From a virus: a DNA stretch of 64,000 nt. Position 1 is the stretch's first letter; the number at the start of each line of letters is the position of its first letter. The DNA lies in IMG/VR virus record IMGVR_UViG_3300005253_000455, positions 5,884 to 69,883 of that record, one strand, 5' to 3'. Positions 31,242 through 39,824 of the stretch are shown here, one piece after another. The notes beneath the pieces are model-generated. The model was not told the DNA's origin. It made no database searches and saw nothing but the letters and a program-made list of their open reading frames with translations. The position numbers and the translations under genes were made by a program.

Positions 31242-31463
31242 CTAAGCTTTTCGCGCCTTACTATGTCCTTGCTCCACATTCAACAGAACCTGTACTTTAT
31301 CCTCAATTGTTTGCATTTCCGCAAGCATGTTAAGGACACAATCCTTAGCCTCTCCAGGCCTTACATCCTCAGCATATGCTGTCAATGCAGTATAGAGAAG
31401 TTCAGATTCCATTTCATTGTAATGCGAAACAACCGATATTTCCCGCTTTACTTCTATAAACAT
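31242..31463 (-). CDS. hypothetical early protein
   Basis: GAGG RBS before ATG at 31463. Confidence 0.65.
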   Translation of the reverse strand: MFIEVKREISVVSHYNEMESELLYTALTAYAEDVRPGEAKDCVLNMLAEMQTIEDKVQVLLNVEQGHSKARKA

Positions 31464-31488
31464 TTTGTGCCTCAATTCGCATGGTATG

Positions 31489-31523
31489 AAAAAAGGCCTA
31501 ACTTTCGATTGACAAGTTAGGCC
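31489..31523 (-). terminator. Rho-independent terminator, near copy of the 31201 terminator
   Basis: GGCCTAACTT/AAGTTAGGCC stem plus TTTTTTCATACC. Confidence 0.85.
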
Positions 31524-31864
31524 CATTTTATGCTAATCTTGCTTCCAATGTATCCATACGGAAACAATGATTAACACGATAACAAGGAAGACAAAATAGG
31601 GGTCATCGAACATATTATGCACCCCAAATTTAGCCTTCCGGCGAATCTTTCATTTCGGAAGCTAAGAATCTGGCGAGACTCTTATCCGCTCCGATTGAAG
31701 TAAAATATGCGATACAATCGCTGAAAGACATAGTCTCAAAGCTTATGTATTCGCATGGTTCAGGAGCATCGCGTTTCATACATTCCATATAAGATTCCAT
31801 TTTTACCCCCTTACTTATAAGATGGAATTATCGTTTTTTCCACGTTACAACAAGGATGGAATCC

Positions 31865-32407
31865 TTAGGATTGCTTGTGATTCTTCTTGACCTGGCCCTC
31901 AGTCTTTTTACCAGACTTTTGCTGAACTTTGAAAGCATCCAATTGCTTCTTCAAATCGGAAGCTTTAGCTTTTTGCTCAACCATTGCATCCATGACAGCC
32001 TGTACTTCTGGACTGCCAGCCTCATATTCCTCCGCCCACTTCTGTGCGGCAACATTCATTTGAGGCTTGAACGTATCAGCGAAAATCTTGATTTCCTGCA
32101 TACTATGCAGAAAATCCGATTCATCTTTCCACATCCGAACCTTGCCTTTGACTTCAGAGGTATCGACAGTGATACCATCTCTCAGGAGCAAACTTCTTGC
32201 CCGCAAAACGTTCTGAATGCGGACAAGTATGGACGTTCCTGTAAGCGCATCTTGTATGAAGTCCGCCTTGTAAAACTCAAGGTTTTCCTCATACGTATCG
32301 AACAGATTGACAGGCATGCCCGTATAGGTACGGGTGTTGAGAGCAATCTTTTTCTCATTGTCAACCTGAAAAAGATTAGCTTTGAACTCAATAGATATTT
32401 TAGACAT
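31865..32407 (-). CDS. hypothetical protein, first gene of the leftward early transcript
   Basis: About 180 aa ORF downstream of a long leader. Confidence 0.75.
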   Translation of the reverse strand: MSKISIEFKANLFQVDNEKKIALNTRTYTGMPVNLFDTYEENLEFYKADFIQDALTGTSILVRIQNVLRARSLLLRDGITVDTSEVKGKVRMWKDESDFLHSMQEIKIFADTFKPQMNVAAQKWAEEYEAGSPEVQAVMDAMVEQKAKASDLKKQLDAFKVQQKSGKKTEGQVKKNHKQS

Positions 32408-32429
32408 GGTTATATTTCTCATTAGTGGA

Positions 32430-32763
32430 TTAAAATAAATCCTCAGCCTCACACCAAATAGAATGGCCGAGGATGCTTAGGCTGCCATACATAACGTATG
32501 ACAGGACAGGATATGCTTCTGGTCCTTAATAGTACCATACGAAAAGTATACCCTAACTGCGATACTTATAATCGCTTTTCAAAGATCGCCCGTGCAATGA
32601 TTGGCTAGGAAAAAACGCTACTATGGCATAAAGCAATGGTTCAGAAAGATAATCAAATAAACCTAAACTAATCGTGGTCTGAACCTTATAAAAGCCGTAT
32701 AAGTATCCCGTAAATCCTTAGCTTTTCATCCATACTATGTATTATAAATTAGACTATAACACT
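32430..32763 (-). ncRNA. Putative structured 5' leader or ncRNA with boxA-like element
   Basis: Several stems, two with G-U pairs only on the minus strand; GATCTTTGAAAA at 32576-32587. Confidence 0.45.
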
Positions 32764-32769
32764 ACCTCA

Positions 32770-32798
32770 ATAGTATCATGCCTAAGTGCTAATGTCAA
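32770..32798 (-). promoter_or_regulatory. Leftward early sigma70 promoter
   Basis: TTGACA-17-TACTAT with extended TG. Confidence 0.75.
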
Positions 32799-33060
32799 CC
32801 CTGATAAGATTAAATAAATGCTTAGTGTTTTGGCTCATACTATGCGCCCCAAAGGCTAAGCCTCAAGGCCTAATGGTTCCATTGACAGACTTAGCCCCCT
32901 TGGGCATAGTATGCGACCCCATCTTCATAATACTACTTCACTTTTTCAGCTTTTAGTTGGGGTGGGGTTAGTAGTTTCAAAATTAATAAACTTGAGCCTG
33001 TTCATTTTTTGAGCATAGTTAGTGGGGGAAGGATCTTGGGAGGGTAGGAAAGATGATAAG

Positions 33061-33106
33061 AAAAATCGTCCCGTTTTATTGACAATCCCAGAAATTTCCG
33101 TATTAT
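33061..33106 (+). promoter_or_regulatory. Rightward promoter of the packaging/structural operon, with AAAAATCGTCCC box
   Basis: Box at 33061-33072, TTGACA at 33079-33084, TATTAT at 33101-33106 (16 bp spacer). Confidence 0.7.
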
Positions 33107-33172
33107 GCTATACACCAAGATGGGTTCAAGCTTATTGTAAGTATTGTTACTTTCTCAAAAGGTAAATCAGAG

Positions 33173-34048
33173 ATGGAAGCCTCAGCAAACATTTCCAAGA
33201 TCGAAAGACTCTTGGCTGGACAATTCTCAGGTAACACTGAAAAGATGTTTCAAGCTCTTAAAAGTCAGCTGAAAAAAGAAGCTGTCAAGAAAGAGGATTG
33301 TTCTCTTGAAGGTGGAACTAATAGAGGCATCTATCTACGAGCCTTCATCAAAGGTTTGAATCAAATTGAGAGAGAAAGACAGAAAGCCTCAGACTTAACA
33401 GAAAGTGATAATCTTTATTCTTTCCCAACAGGAGGGAATAGTAGTGGGAATGGGAATGGGAACGTGAGTCGGGCAGTTGAACCTCTCGGAGCTTCAATGC
33501 ACGTTGGAGGAACTTCTTCTGCCCGACTCTTTTCTTTCCCCATGCCTAGTATTTCCTCTGTAGCCCGACACCTCACTGACTTCACCGAAGTAAAAGTTAT
33601 CCGCAGTAAACACCTCAAAATTTTACAACTAGATCTTCAAGGGATTTACTCTCGAAAAGAAATTGCGAGAATGGTAGGCTGTTCAGAACCTACCATTACA
33701 AACGTAATTTCCAGCGAAGCTGTGCAGCAATTCAAAAGGCGAGCACAGTCCCAAATGGAAGATGAATACTCTAGCCTGATGGCTCCAGTTATCTCCGCAA
33801 TTCGGGAAAGCCTGCATCCAGACTTTGCTGATCTACCACTAAGACAAGACACAGCTTTCAAATACCTCAAAACTCAGGGCCGAGGTATTCAAGGTTCTCA
33901 CATTGAACATAATCACAGACATACAGTTACAGGAAGGAATGGTGGCCCTATTGAGGTTTCCGATGTGAAACAGAAAATGCTTCAAAAACTCGGTTATTCT
34001 CTTGACAAGATTGTTGAGGCAGACTTCAAAGAGGTTCCAAGTGATTAA
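33173..34048 (+). CDS. Putative terminase small subunit (HTH-containing)
   Basis: SRKEIARMVGCSEPTIT HTH; C-terminal HTVTGRNGGPIEV typical of TerS; upstream of TerL. Confidence 0.6.
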   Translation: MEASANISKIERLLAGQFSGNTEKMFQALKSQLKKEAVKKEDCSLEGGTNRGIYLRAFIKGLNQIERERQKASDLTESDNLYSFPTGGNSSGNGNGNVSRAVEPLGASMHVGGTSSARLFSFPMPSISSVARHLTDFTEVKVIRSKHLKILQLDLQGIYSRKEIARMVGCSEPTITNVISSEAVQQFKRRAQSQMEDEYSSLMAPVISAIRESLHPDFADLPLRQDTAFKYLKTQGRGIQGSHIEHNHRHTVTGRNGGPIEVSDVKQKMLQKLGYSLDKIVEADFKEVPSD

Positions 34049-34763
34049 GAATATACAAGATTTTAGTGAAGGCATTAATACGCTGGGAGAAGATGGTATT
34101 ATAGAAGCTATCTTCAAACAGATTGGGACAGAAAGTAAATACTATGTTGAGTTTGGAATCACTGATGGTTGGGGTGATAATACTCGAGTTTTAAAGGAGA
34201 AAGAAAACTGGAATGGTCTATGGATGGACTGGAATAAAATAACCCCAGTTTTTGAAGTGAATAAACAAGGGATGCCTAATGGGATTCAAATAGGGGAAAG
34301 AGATAAATCTCCAGATGTAAAAATTCATACAATAACTGCTGAGAATATCAATTCATTATTTCAAAAGTATGAAGTTCCTAAATCTTTTGATCTCTTAGTG
34401 ATAGATGTTGATTTCAATGACTTTTATCTCTGGAAAGCCTTAATTGATTATGAACCTCGTGTGGTGATGATAGAATATAATGCCTGTTATCCTCCACCAG
34501 TTTCTATAGTTATAAAGTATGAACCAGAGACTATCGCAAATACTGATATGTATTTTGGGGCAAGTTTCTGCGCAATGGTTAAATTAGGAAAGGAAAAAGG
34601 TTACACAGCAATTGGCTGTGACCTTTCCGGTTCTAATATCTTCTTTATAAGAGACGATCTCGTAGAAGGTAATTTTACGGTTCCCGAGAACTCCAGCTCT
34701 CTTTACCAAGCACCTATTTATATATTTCCTCCTCCGACAAGTAGACCAATGCTGGAGTATTAA
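34041..34763 (+). CDS. FkbM-like SAM-dependent methyltransferase
   Basis: GEDGII, YVEFG..DG, ITAENIN, DLLVIDVDFND, PRVVMIEYN, GASF. Confidence 0.75.
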   Translation: MIKNIQDFSEGINTLGEDGIIEAIFKQIGTESKYYVEFGITDGWGDNTRVLKEKENWNGLWMDWNKITPVFEVNKQGMPNGIQIGERDKSPDVKIHTITAENINSLFQKYEVPKSFDLLVIDVDFNDFYLWKALIDYEPRVVMIEYNACYPPPVSIVIKYEPETIANTDMYFGASFCAMVKLGKEKGYTAIGCDLSGSNIFFIRDDLVEGNFTVPENSSSLYQAPIYIFPPPTSRPMLEY

Positions 34764-34765
34764 TC

Positions 34766-35692
34766 ATGGAAATAGATAATAAAGCTTTATTCGAGAGGGT
34801 TCAATCCTTTGATGGAATTTCGGTATTATCCAGAGAGTTCACTGACTCCCCATTTACAGCTTTTTATCCCGACCGTTTGGATGAAATAGAAATTCATATC
34901 TCTGGGCACGGGATTGGTGATGCTATGAGGATTGCAGCCGCTCATAAAGAACGGATGGACCCGACAAAAAAGCAAATTGTTTTAGTTGAGGATACTCCTA
35001 GAACAGGGATGATTGCAATTGCAAACTTCTCTTTCGTCGATTATGTAATTGGTATCCCTAGTGAGTATTGGAGATTCAGTCCAAGCCCGAATCGATGTCT
35101 TTGGTTACTTGAAACTGTCGGGCTAGAACAACATGATTATCTAGTTGCTCTTATCTTTGGAACAAGTACTGAGGGAGAGATTAGATTAGAACTTGAGGAT
35201 CTTAGAGTTCAAGAAGCTTCTGTTGAACTTCCAGAAAAATATGCAGTTATCCAACCGACTACAACGCTGTTTAAAGGTTGGTCATTAGACTTCACAGAGG
35301 TAAATAAATTGATTTGGGAGAACTTGAATCTTCCAATCATCCTAATGGGAAGTAAAGAAGATAAAGACTTGGTTCCTGATATTGAAGCAGACCTTGATTT
35401 ACGAGGAGTAGTAGGTCTTGAAGAATCTATTTGGATTACAATAACTGCTGACTTTGTTGCAGCTATTGAGTCCTGGTCTACAAATGCTTCTGCCACATTC
35501 GGAGTGAAATCATTAGTCTTTTGCAGCCCCGAGACAATGGATATTCATAAACTAAGATGGAATGAATATTGGAAAACTCCGCTTGAAATGGTCTTGTTCC
35601 ATTGGTCAGAAAATAAGGTACATAATAATATTGATTCAAAACAGCTTAATCAATATTTTGATGGAATTAATCAGGGTTTTTCAGGAAAATAA
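34766..35692 (+). CDS. GT9 (heptosyltransferase-like) glycosyltransferase
   Basis: GIGDA, YAVIQP, ILMGSKED, DLRG..GLEE...ADFVAAIES...A.FGVKSL. Confidence 0.7.
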   Translation: MEIDNKALFERVQSFDGISVLSREFTDSPFTAFYPDRLDEIEIHISGHGIGDAMRIAAAHKERMDPTKKQIVLVEDTPRTGMIAIANFSFVDYVIGIPSEYWRFSPSPNRCLWLLETVGLEQHDYLVALIFGTSTEGEIRLELEDLRVQEASVELPEKYAVIQPTTTLFKGWSLDFTEVNKLIWENLNLPIILMGSKEDKDLVPDIEADLDLRGVVGLEESIWITITADFVAAIESWSTNASATFGVKSLVFCSPETMDIHKLRWNEYWKTPLEMVLFHWSENKVHNNIDSKQLNQYFDGINQGFSGK

Positions 35693-35702
35693 TGGGAAAT
35701 AA

Positions 35703-38216
35703 ATGGAAACTCAGGCAACACAAAATGTTGATTTCACGGAACTGATTAACAACCTTCCTATCCGTAAAATCAAGAAAATGGTTGGGGATGAAGCTTTCTT
35801 CGATTATCTCCAAACACTTCCAGATCATACAGTAGAGGATTTACTTTATGACTGGAGAAGCTGGGCAAGGCCGGAGCAAATCTCCCCGCCTGGTCTTTGG
35901 AGTATCTGGCTTTATCTTGCAGGAAGAGGAAGTGGGAAAGCTCTTGCTCTTGATACTCCTATTCCAACAATGGAAGGTTGGAAATCAATGGGTTCTTTAA
36001 TTCCTGGAGATGTTATTTTTGATGAATCTGGAAAACAATGCAAAGTTCTTGAAGCTTATCCAGTTCAATATAATAAATCTTGTTATAATGTGCATTTTTC
36101 AGATGGAGCAAAAATAACTGCTGATGCTGAGCATCTTTGGTTTACAGAGGATAAGGCTTCTCGAAAAGGTGAAGCTAGAAGAATTGGAGGGGGAACTGTT
36201 CCACAAAGAATGCCAACCCGATTTCCTCAGATAAGAACAACTGAGGAAATTCTCTCTACCATCTCAATACCAAGAAGTGATGGAGCCTTTGAATTAAATC
36301 ACTCAATTCCTGTTGCCAAGGCTTTAAGTTGTAATTTACAATATCTTCTGATCGACCCTTATTTTCTCGGTATTTGGTTAGGAGATGGTGATTCAAAAAG
36401 TTCTGCTATAACGACAGAAGATCCAGAAATTTTAGAAGAAATTCTAAATGTTGGATATCCTATTGAGAAACTAAATACTCCATCAAATAATAGATATACA
36501 ATTGGGACTGTTGAATCAGAAAGAGATGGGGTTGGGAGATTTACTCGAAATACCTCTATTCATTCTTTTCTTAAAGATTTAAATGTTCTAAACAATAAAC
36601 ACATTCCCCAAATTTATTTGAGGGCATCTAAATCTCAAAGACTTGCTCTTCTTCAAGGTTTAATGGATTCCGATGGTTATATAGATGGAGGTGGAACTTG
36701 TGAATTTACCTCAACAAAAGAAAGGCTTGCTCTAGAAACTTGGGAACTTTGTTTATCTCTTGGTTTAAAAGCTACCATTGCAGTTGGAAGAGCAATGCTT
36801 TATGGTAAAGATTGTGGCCCAAAATACAGAGTTTGTTTCACAACTTACAAAACAACTCCAGTTTTTAGACTTTCTCGAAAGTTAAACAGATTAAAAGAAC
36901 CAGGGAAACAAGCTAAGAGACAATCTCGAAGATATATAAAAGCTGTGATAAAAACTGAATCTGTCCCGGTTCGTTGTATAACTGTTGATTCTCCATCGAA
37001 TCTTTTCCTTGCTGGTTGGCAGATGATTCCAACACATAATACTAGAGCAGGAGCAGAATGGATCAAAGAAAGAGTCGAGAAAGGGGATGCCCGATTCATA
37101 GCCCTAGTCTCTCAGTCAGCGGCGGACGCACGTGACGTCATGGTTGAGGGAGAGTCGGGCATCCTTTCTGTATATCCAGATGGAAAGAAGCCAAAGTATG
37201 AACCTTCAAAAAGAAGAATAGTTTGGCCAAACGGAGCGCAGGCAACGATTTACACAGCTGAAGACCCTGATCAACTTCGAGGCCCGAATCATGATACAGC
37301 ATGGGCTGATGAGATTGCAGCCTTCCGACACCTCGATGATCTTTGGTCAAACTTAATGTTAGGGCTCAGGCTCGGTGATTCTAAATGTTTCATTTCTACT
37401 ACGCCTCGGGCGATCAAATTCATCAAGGATTTAATTATAAGATCTATCAATCTTGATGCTAATAAAGAACTAAACACTCTGGAGAAATTCCCAGAAGATA
37501 GAATCCGTGACACGTTTGTAACAAAAGGAACTACCTATGATAATAAGGAGAATTTGAGCAAGACGTTCATGAATCAAATCATTACCCAATATGAGGGAAC
37601 AAGACTTGGTCAACAAGAACTTCTTGCTCAAATCCTTCAAGATGTAGAAGGGGCTCTTTGGAATCGAGAACTTCTATCTGCAAATCGAGTTAAAGCAGAT
37701 GAAATAAGAACTGAAGATTTAACTAAGATAATAGTCGCAATTGACCCAACTGTTGCAAAAGCTGAGAATGCAACAGAGACTGGAATTATAGTAATGGGGA
37801 AACACAAGAATGGTCATGGTTATACTATGGCAGATAGAAGTCTTGTTGCTAGCCCCGATGGTTGGGCCAAAGCCGCTGTTGCAGCTTATGAGGCTTATGA
37901 AGCTGATAAGATAGTAGCAGAAAAGAATAATGGCGGTGAGATGGTTTCTTTAACTATTGGAACTGTCAATGACAAAATACCTGTAAAACTTGTTTGGGCA
38001 AGTCGGGGAAAAATAACAAGAGCTGAGCCGGTTGCTGCTCTCGATGAACAACATAAACTCCATTTAGTAGGTGAGTTCTCGAAACTTGAAGATGAACTTT
38101 GTACCTATGATGGAGAGGGTGATTCACCTAATAGGCTTGATGCTTATGTATGGGCCGCCACAGAGTTGTTCCTTGGGAAGAGGCGCAGCAGAGGCTTAGT
38201 CTTTGGTAGAGGTTAA
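35703..38216 (+). CDS. terL: Terminase large subunit (intein-containing)
   Basis: AGRGSGK/T Walker A, LRGP, AWADE, STTP, IVAIDP, EKNNGG, SPNRLDA. Confidence 0.95.
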   Translation: METQATQNVDFTELINNLPIRKIKKMVGDEAFFDYLQTLPDHTVEDLLYDWRSWARPEQISPPGLWSIWLYLAGRGSGKALALDTPIPTMEGWKSMGSLIPGDVIFDESGKQCKVLEAYPVQYNKSCYNVHFSDGAKITADAEHLWFTEDKASRKGEARRIGGGTVPQRMPTRFPQIRTTEEILSTISIPRSDGAFELNHSIPVAKALSCNLQYLLIDPYFLGIWLGDGDSKSSAITTEDPEILEEILNVGYPIEKLNTPSNNRYTIGTVESERDGVGRFTRNTSIHSFLKDLNVLNNKHIPQIYLRASKSQRLALLQGLMDSDGYIDGGGTCEFTSTKERLALETWELCLSLGLKATIAVGRAMLYGKDCGPKYRVCFTTYKTTPVFRLSRKLNRLKEPGKQAKRQSRRYIKAVIKTESVPVRCITVDSPSNLFLAGWQMIPTHNTRAGAEWIKERVEKGDARFIALVSQSAADARDVMVEGESGILSVYPDGKKPKYEPSKRRIVWPNGAQATIYTAEDPDQLRGPNHDTAWADEIAAFRHLDDLWSNLMLGLRLGDSKCFISTTPRAIKFIKDLIIRSINLDANKELNTLEKFPEDRIRDTFVTKGTTYDNKENLSKTFMNQIITQYEGTRLGQQELLAQILQDVEGALWNRELLSANRVKADEIRTEDLTKIIVAIDPTVAKAENATETGIIVMGKHKNGHGYTMADRSLVASPDGWAKAAVAAYEAYEADKIVAEKNNGGEMVSLTIGTVNDKIPVKLVWASRGKITRAEPVAALDEQHKLHLVGEFSKLEDELCTYDGEGDSPNRLDAYVWAATELFLGKRRSRGLVFGRG
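35940..37040 (+). mobile_element. Class 3 intein (367 aa) with LAGLIDADG homing endonuclease
   Basis: Starts ALALDTPIPT, block B ADAEHLW, LGIWLGDG and LQGLMDSDG, block F VRCITVD, ends PTHN before Thr+1. Confidence 0.92.
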
Positions 38217-38219
38217 AAG

Positions 38220-39734
38220 ATGGCAGAAGAAAGAACAGAAGAAAGAACAGAAGAAGTAAAAGCTGATGGGAATGGCTCAGAGGCTACTTTGAGTTTGAAC
38301 AAAGGGCAGCTGAGAGCCTTGACTACGAGCCTAATAACTCGGGGCCGCCTTGCAGCTGAACTTGGCCAAACTTATGCGGGCAATCGAGACGTTTATGAAG
38401 TTCTTGGGTATGACAAGACTTTAACTTTTGAGATGCTTGAGGCCCGATATAAGCGTGAGCATATTGCAAAGAGAATAGTCAATGCACCAGCAGCAGCCAC
38501 TTGGAATAATCCTCCTGAAATCGTGCCAAAAGAAGATGGGGATAATAAAAGGAAGGGCAAAGAATTCTTGGAAATTTGGGAAAAGTTAATCAATCGCATC
38601 CACTTGTATTCAAAGATTGAACGTGCAGATAAACTGGCGGGAATAGGTGAATTTGGCATTCTCTTAATTGGCCTTCGTGGTGGGGGTTCCCTTGAACATC
38701 CAGTATCCCGAAAGTTTACAGCTGATGATCTGATGTATCTTTCTCCTTTCTCTCAAAAGGCTGCAACGGTTGAAACCTTCAGCCAAGATCCAACAAATGA
38801 AAGATTTGGAGAGCCTGACCATTACAGAATACAAACTGGAAAGAATCTTGAGAATTTCAGAAGCTTTCAAGTAAAAACTCATTGGTCTCGAGTTATCCAC
38901 CTAGCTGATGGCTTGCTTGAAAATGAAGTTTATGGAACTCCCCGCCTTGAGGCAGTTTTCAACCTTTTCAATGATCTTGCAAAAGTAGTGGGTGGCTCTG
39001 CTGAATTTTACTGGAGAATTGCAGATCGTGGGCTTCATGCAGATATTACAGATCCAGAAGCAGAATTTGGGGAAGAGGATGAGAAAGCTCTTTCTACTGA
39101 AATCTCCAATTACATCCATGGTCTTGATAGAGTCCTACAAACTCGTGGTGTTACTGTAAAGAGTCTTGGAGCAGAAACAGCAGACCCTCGTGGGCCTTTC
39201 CAGAATATAATCTCTTTGATTGCAGGTGCTTCTGGAATCCCACAAAGACTTCTTATGGGAAGTGAGAAAGGTCAATTGGCTTCTTCTCAAGACAAAGCAA
39301 GTTGGAACTCAGTGATAGAAGAAAGACAGCGCCTCTATGCTGAGCCTTATATTCTTCGTCCCTTTGTCGATAGATTAATTAAATGGGACATGCTTCCTGA
39401 TATTGAGTATGAGGTCAGATGGCCTGTTGTCTTTCCACAGACTGAGGAAGAACGTTCTATCATTGCTGTTAGGATTTCAAGTGCCGCGAATAATATGGCC
39501 AAAGCTAAATCTCAAGGCGGGAAAGTAATCGCAGACAAGGAATTCAGAGATAAATATCTAGGCCTTAAAGATGAAGCTGAGATTCCTGAATTAGAAGAAG
39601 CTGAAAGAAAACAAAAAGAATTGGATGCTGAAATGAAGAAACAAGGAATAGTTCCTGGGATGCCGATTCCTGGAGAAGAAGGCAAAGAAGATGAGGGAGA
39701 TAAAGATGAACAGGGTAACACAGGAGATGCGTGA
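38220..39734 (+). CDS. Portal protein (DUF1073-like)
   Basis: Follows TerL; AKRIVNAPA, HWSRVIH, IPQRLLMG. Confidence 0.85.
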   Translation: MAEERTEERTEEVKADGNGSEATLSLNKGQLRALTTSLITRGRLAAELGQTYAGNRDVYEVLGYDKTLTFEMLEARYKREHIAKRIVNAPAAATWNNPPEIVPKEDGDNKRKGKEFLEIWEKLINRIHLYSKIERADKLAGIGEFGILLIGLRGGGSLEHPVSRKFTADDLMYLSPFSQKAATVETFSQDPTNERFGEPDHYRIQTGKNLENFRSFQVKTHWSRVIHLADGLLENEVYGTPRLEAVFNLFNDLAKVVGGSAEFYWRIADRGLHADITDPEAEFGEEDEKALSTEISNYIHGLDRVLQTRGVTVKSLGAETADPRGPFQNIISLIAGASGIPQRLLMGSEKGQLASSQDKASWNSVIEERQRLYAEPYILRPFVDRLIKWDMLPDIEYEVRWPVVFPQTEEERSIIAVRISSAANNMAKAKSQGGKVIADKEFRDKYLGLKDEAEIPELEEAERKQKELDAEMKKQGIVPGMPIPGEEGKEDEGDKDEQGNTGDA

Positions 39735-39824
39735 TAGAGCATGGCTTAAAGTAATGCACTATAGAAACCGTGCTCTCTTTGTAAGAATTCGAATTCTTGA
39801 AAAACGACTTTGGGGATAAATAAC

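Noticed and set aside
41-32425. Plus-strand ORFs in the left arm (e.g. 2856-3332, 13801-14277, 31856-32425)
   Set aside because: Antisense shadows of well-supported minus-strand genes, with no recognisable motifs
30540-33170. tRNA genes, integrase/att site or diversity-generating retroelement
   Set aside because: No cloverleaf with T-loop consensus, recombinase or reverse transcriptase recognised by eye; tRNAscan/ARAGORN would be needed to exclude tRNAs
38220-39734. Anti-CBASS Acb1 label sometimes attached to DUF1073 proteins
   Set aside because: Size, position and motifs fit a portal; no HxT phosphoesterase domain recognised
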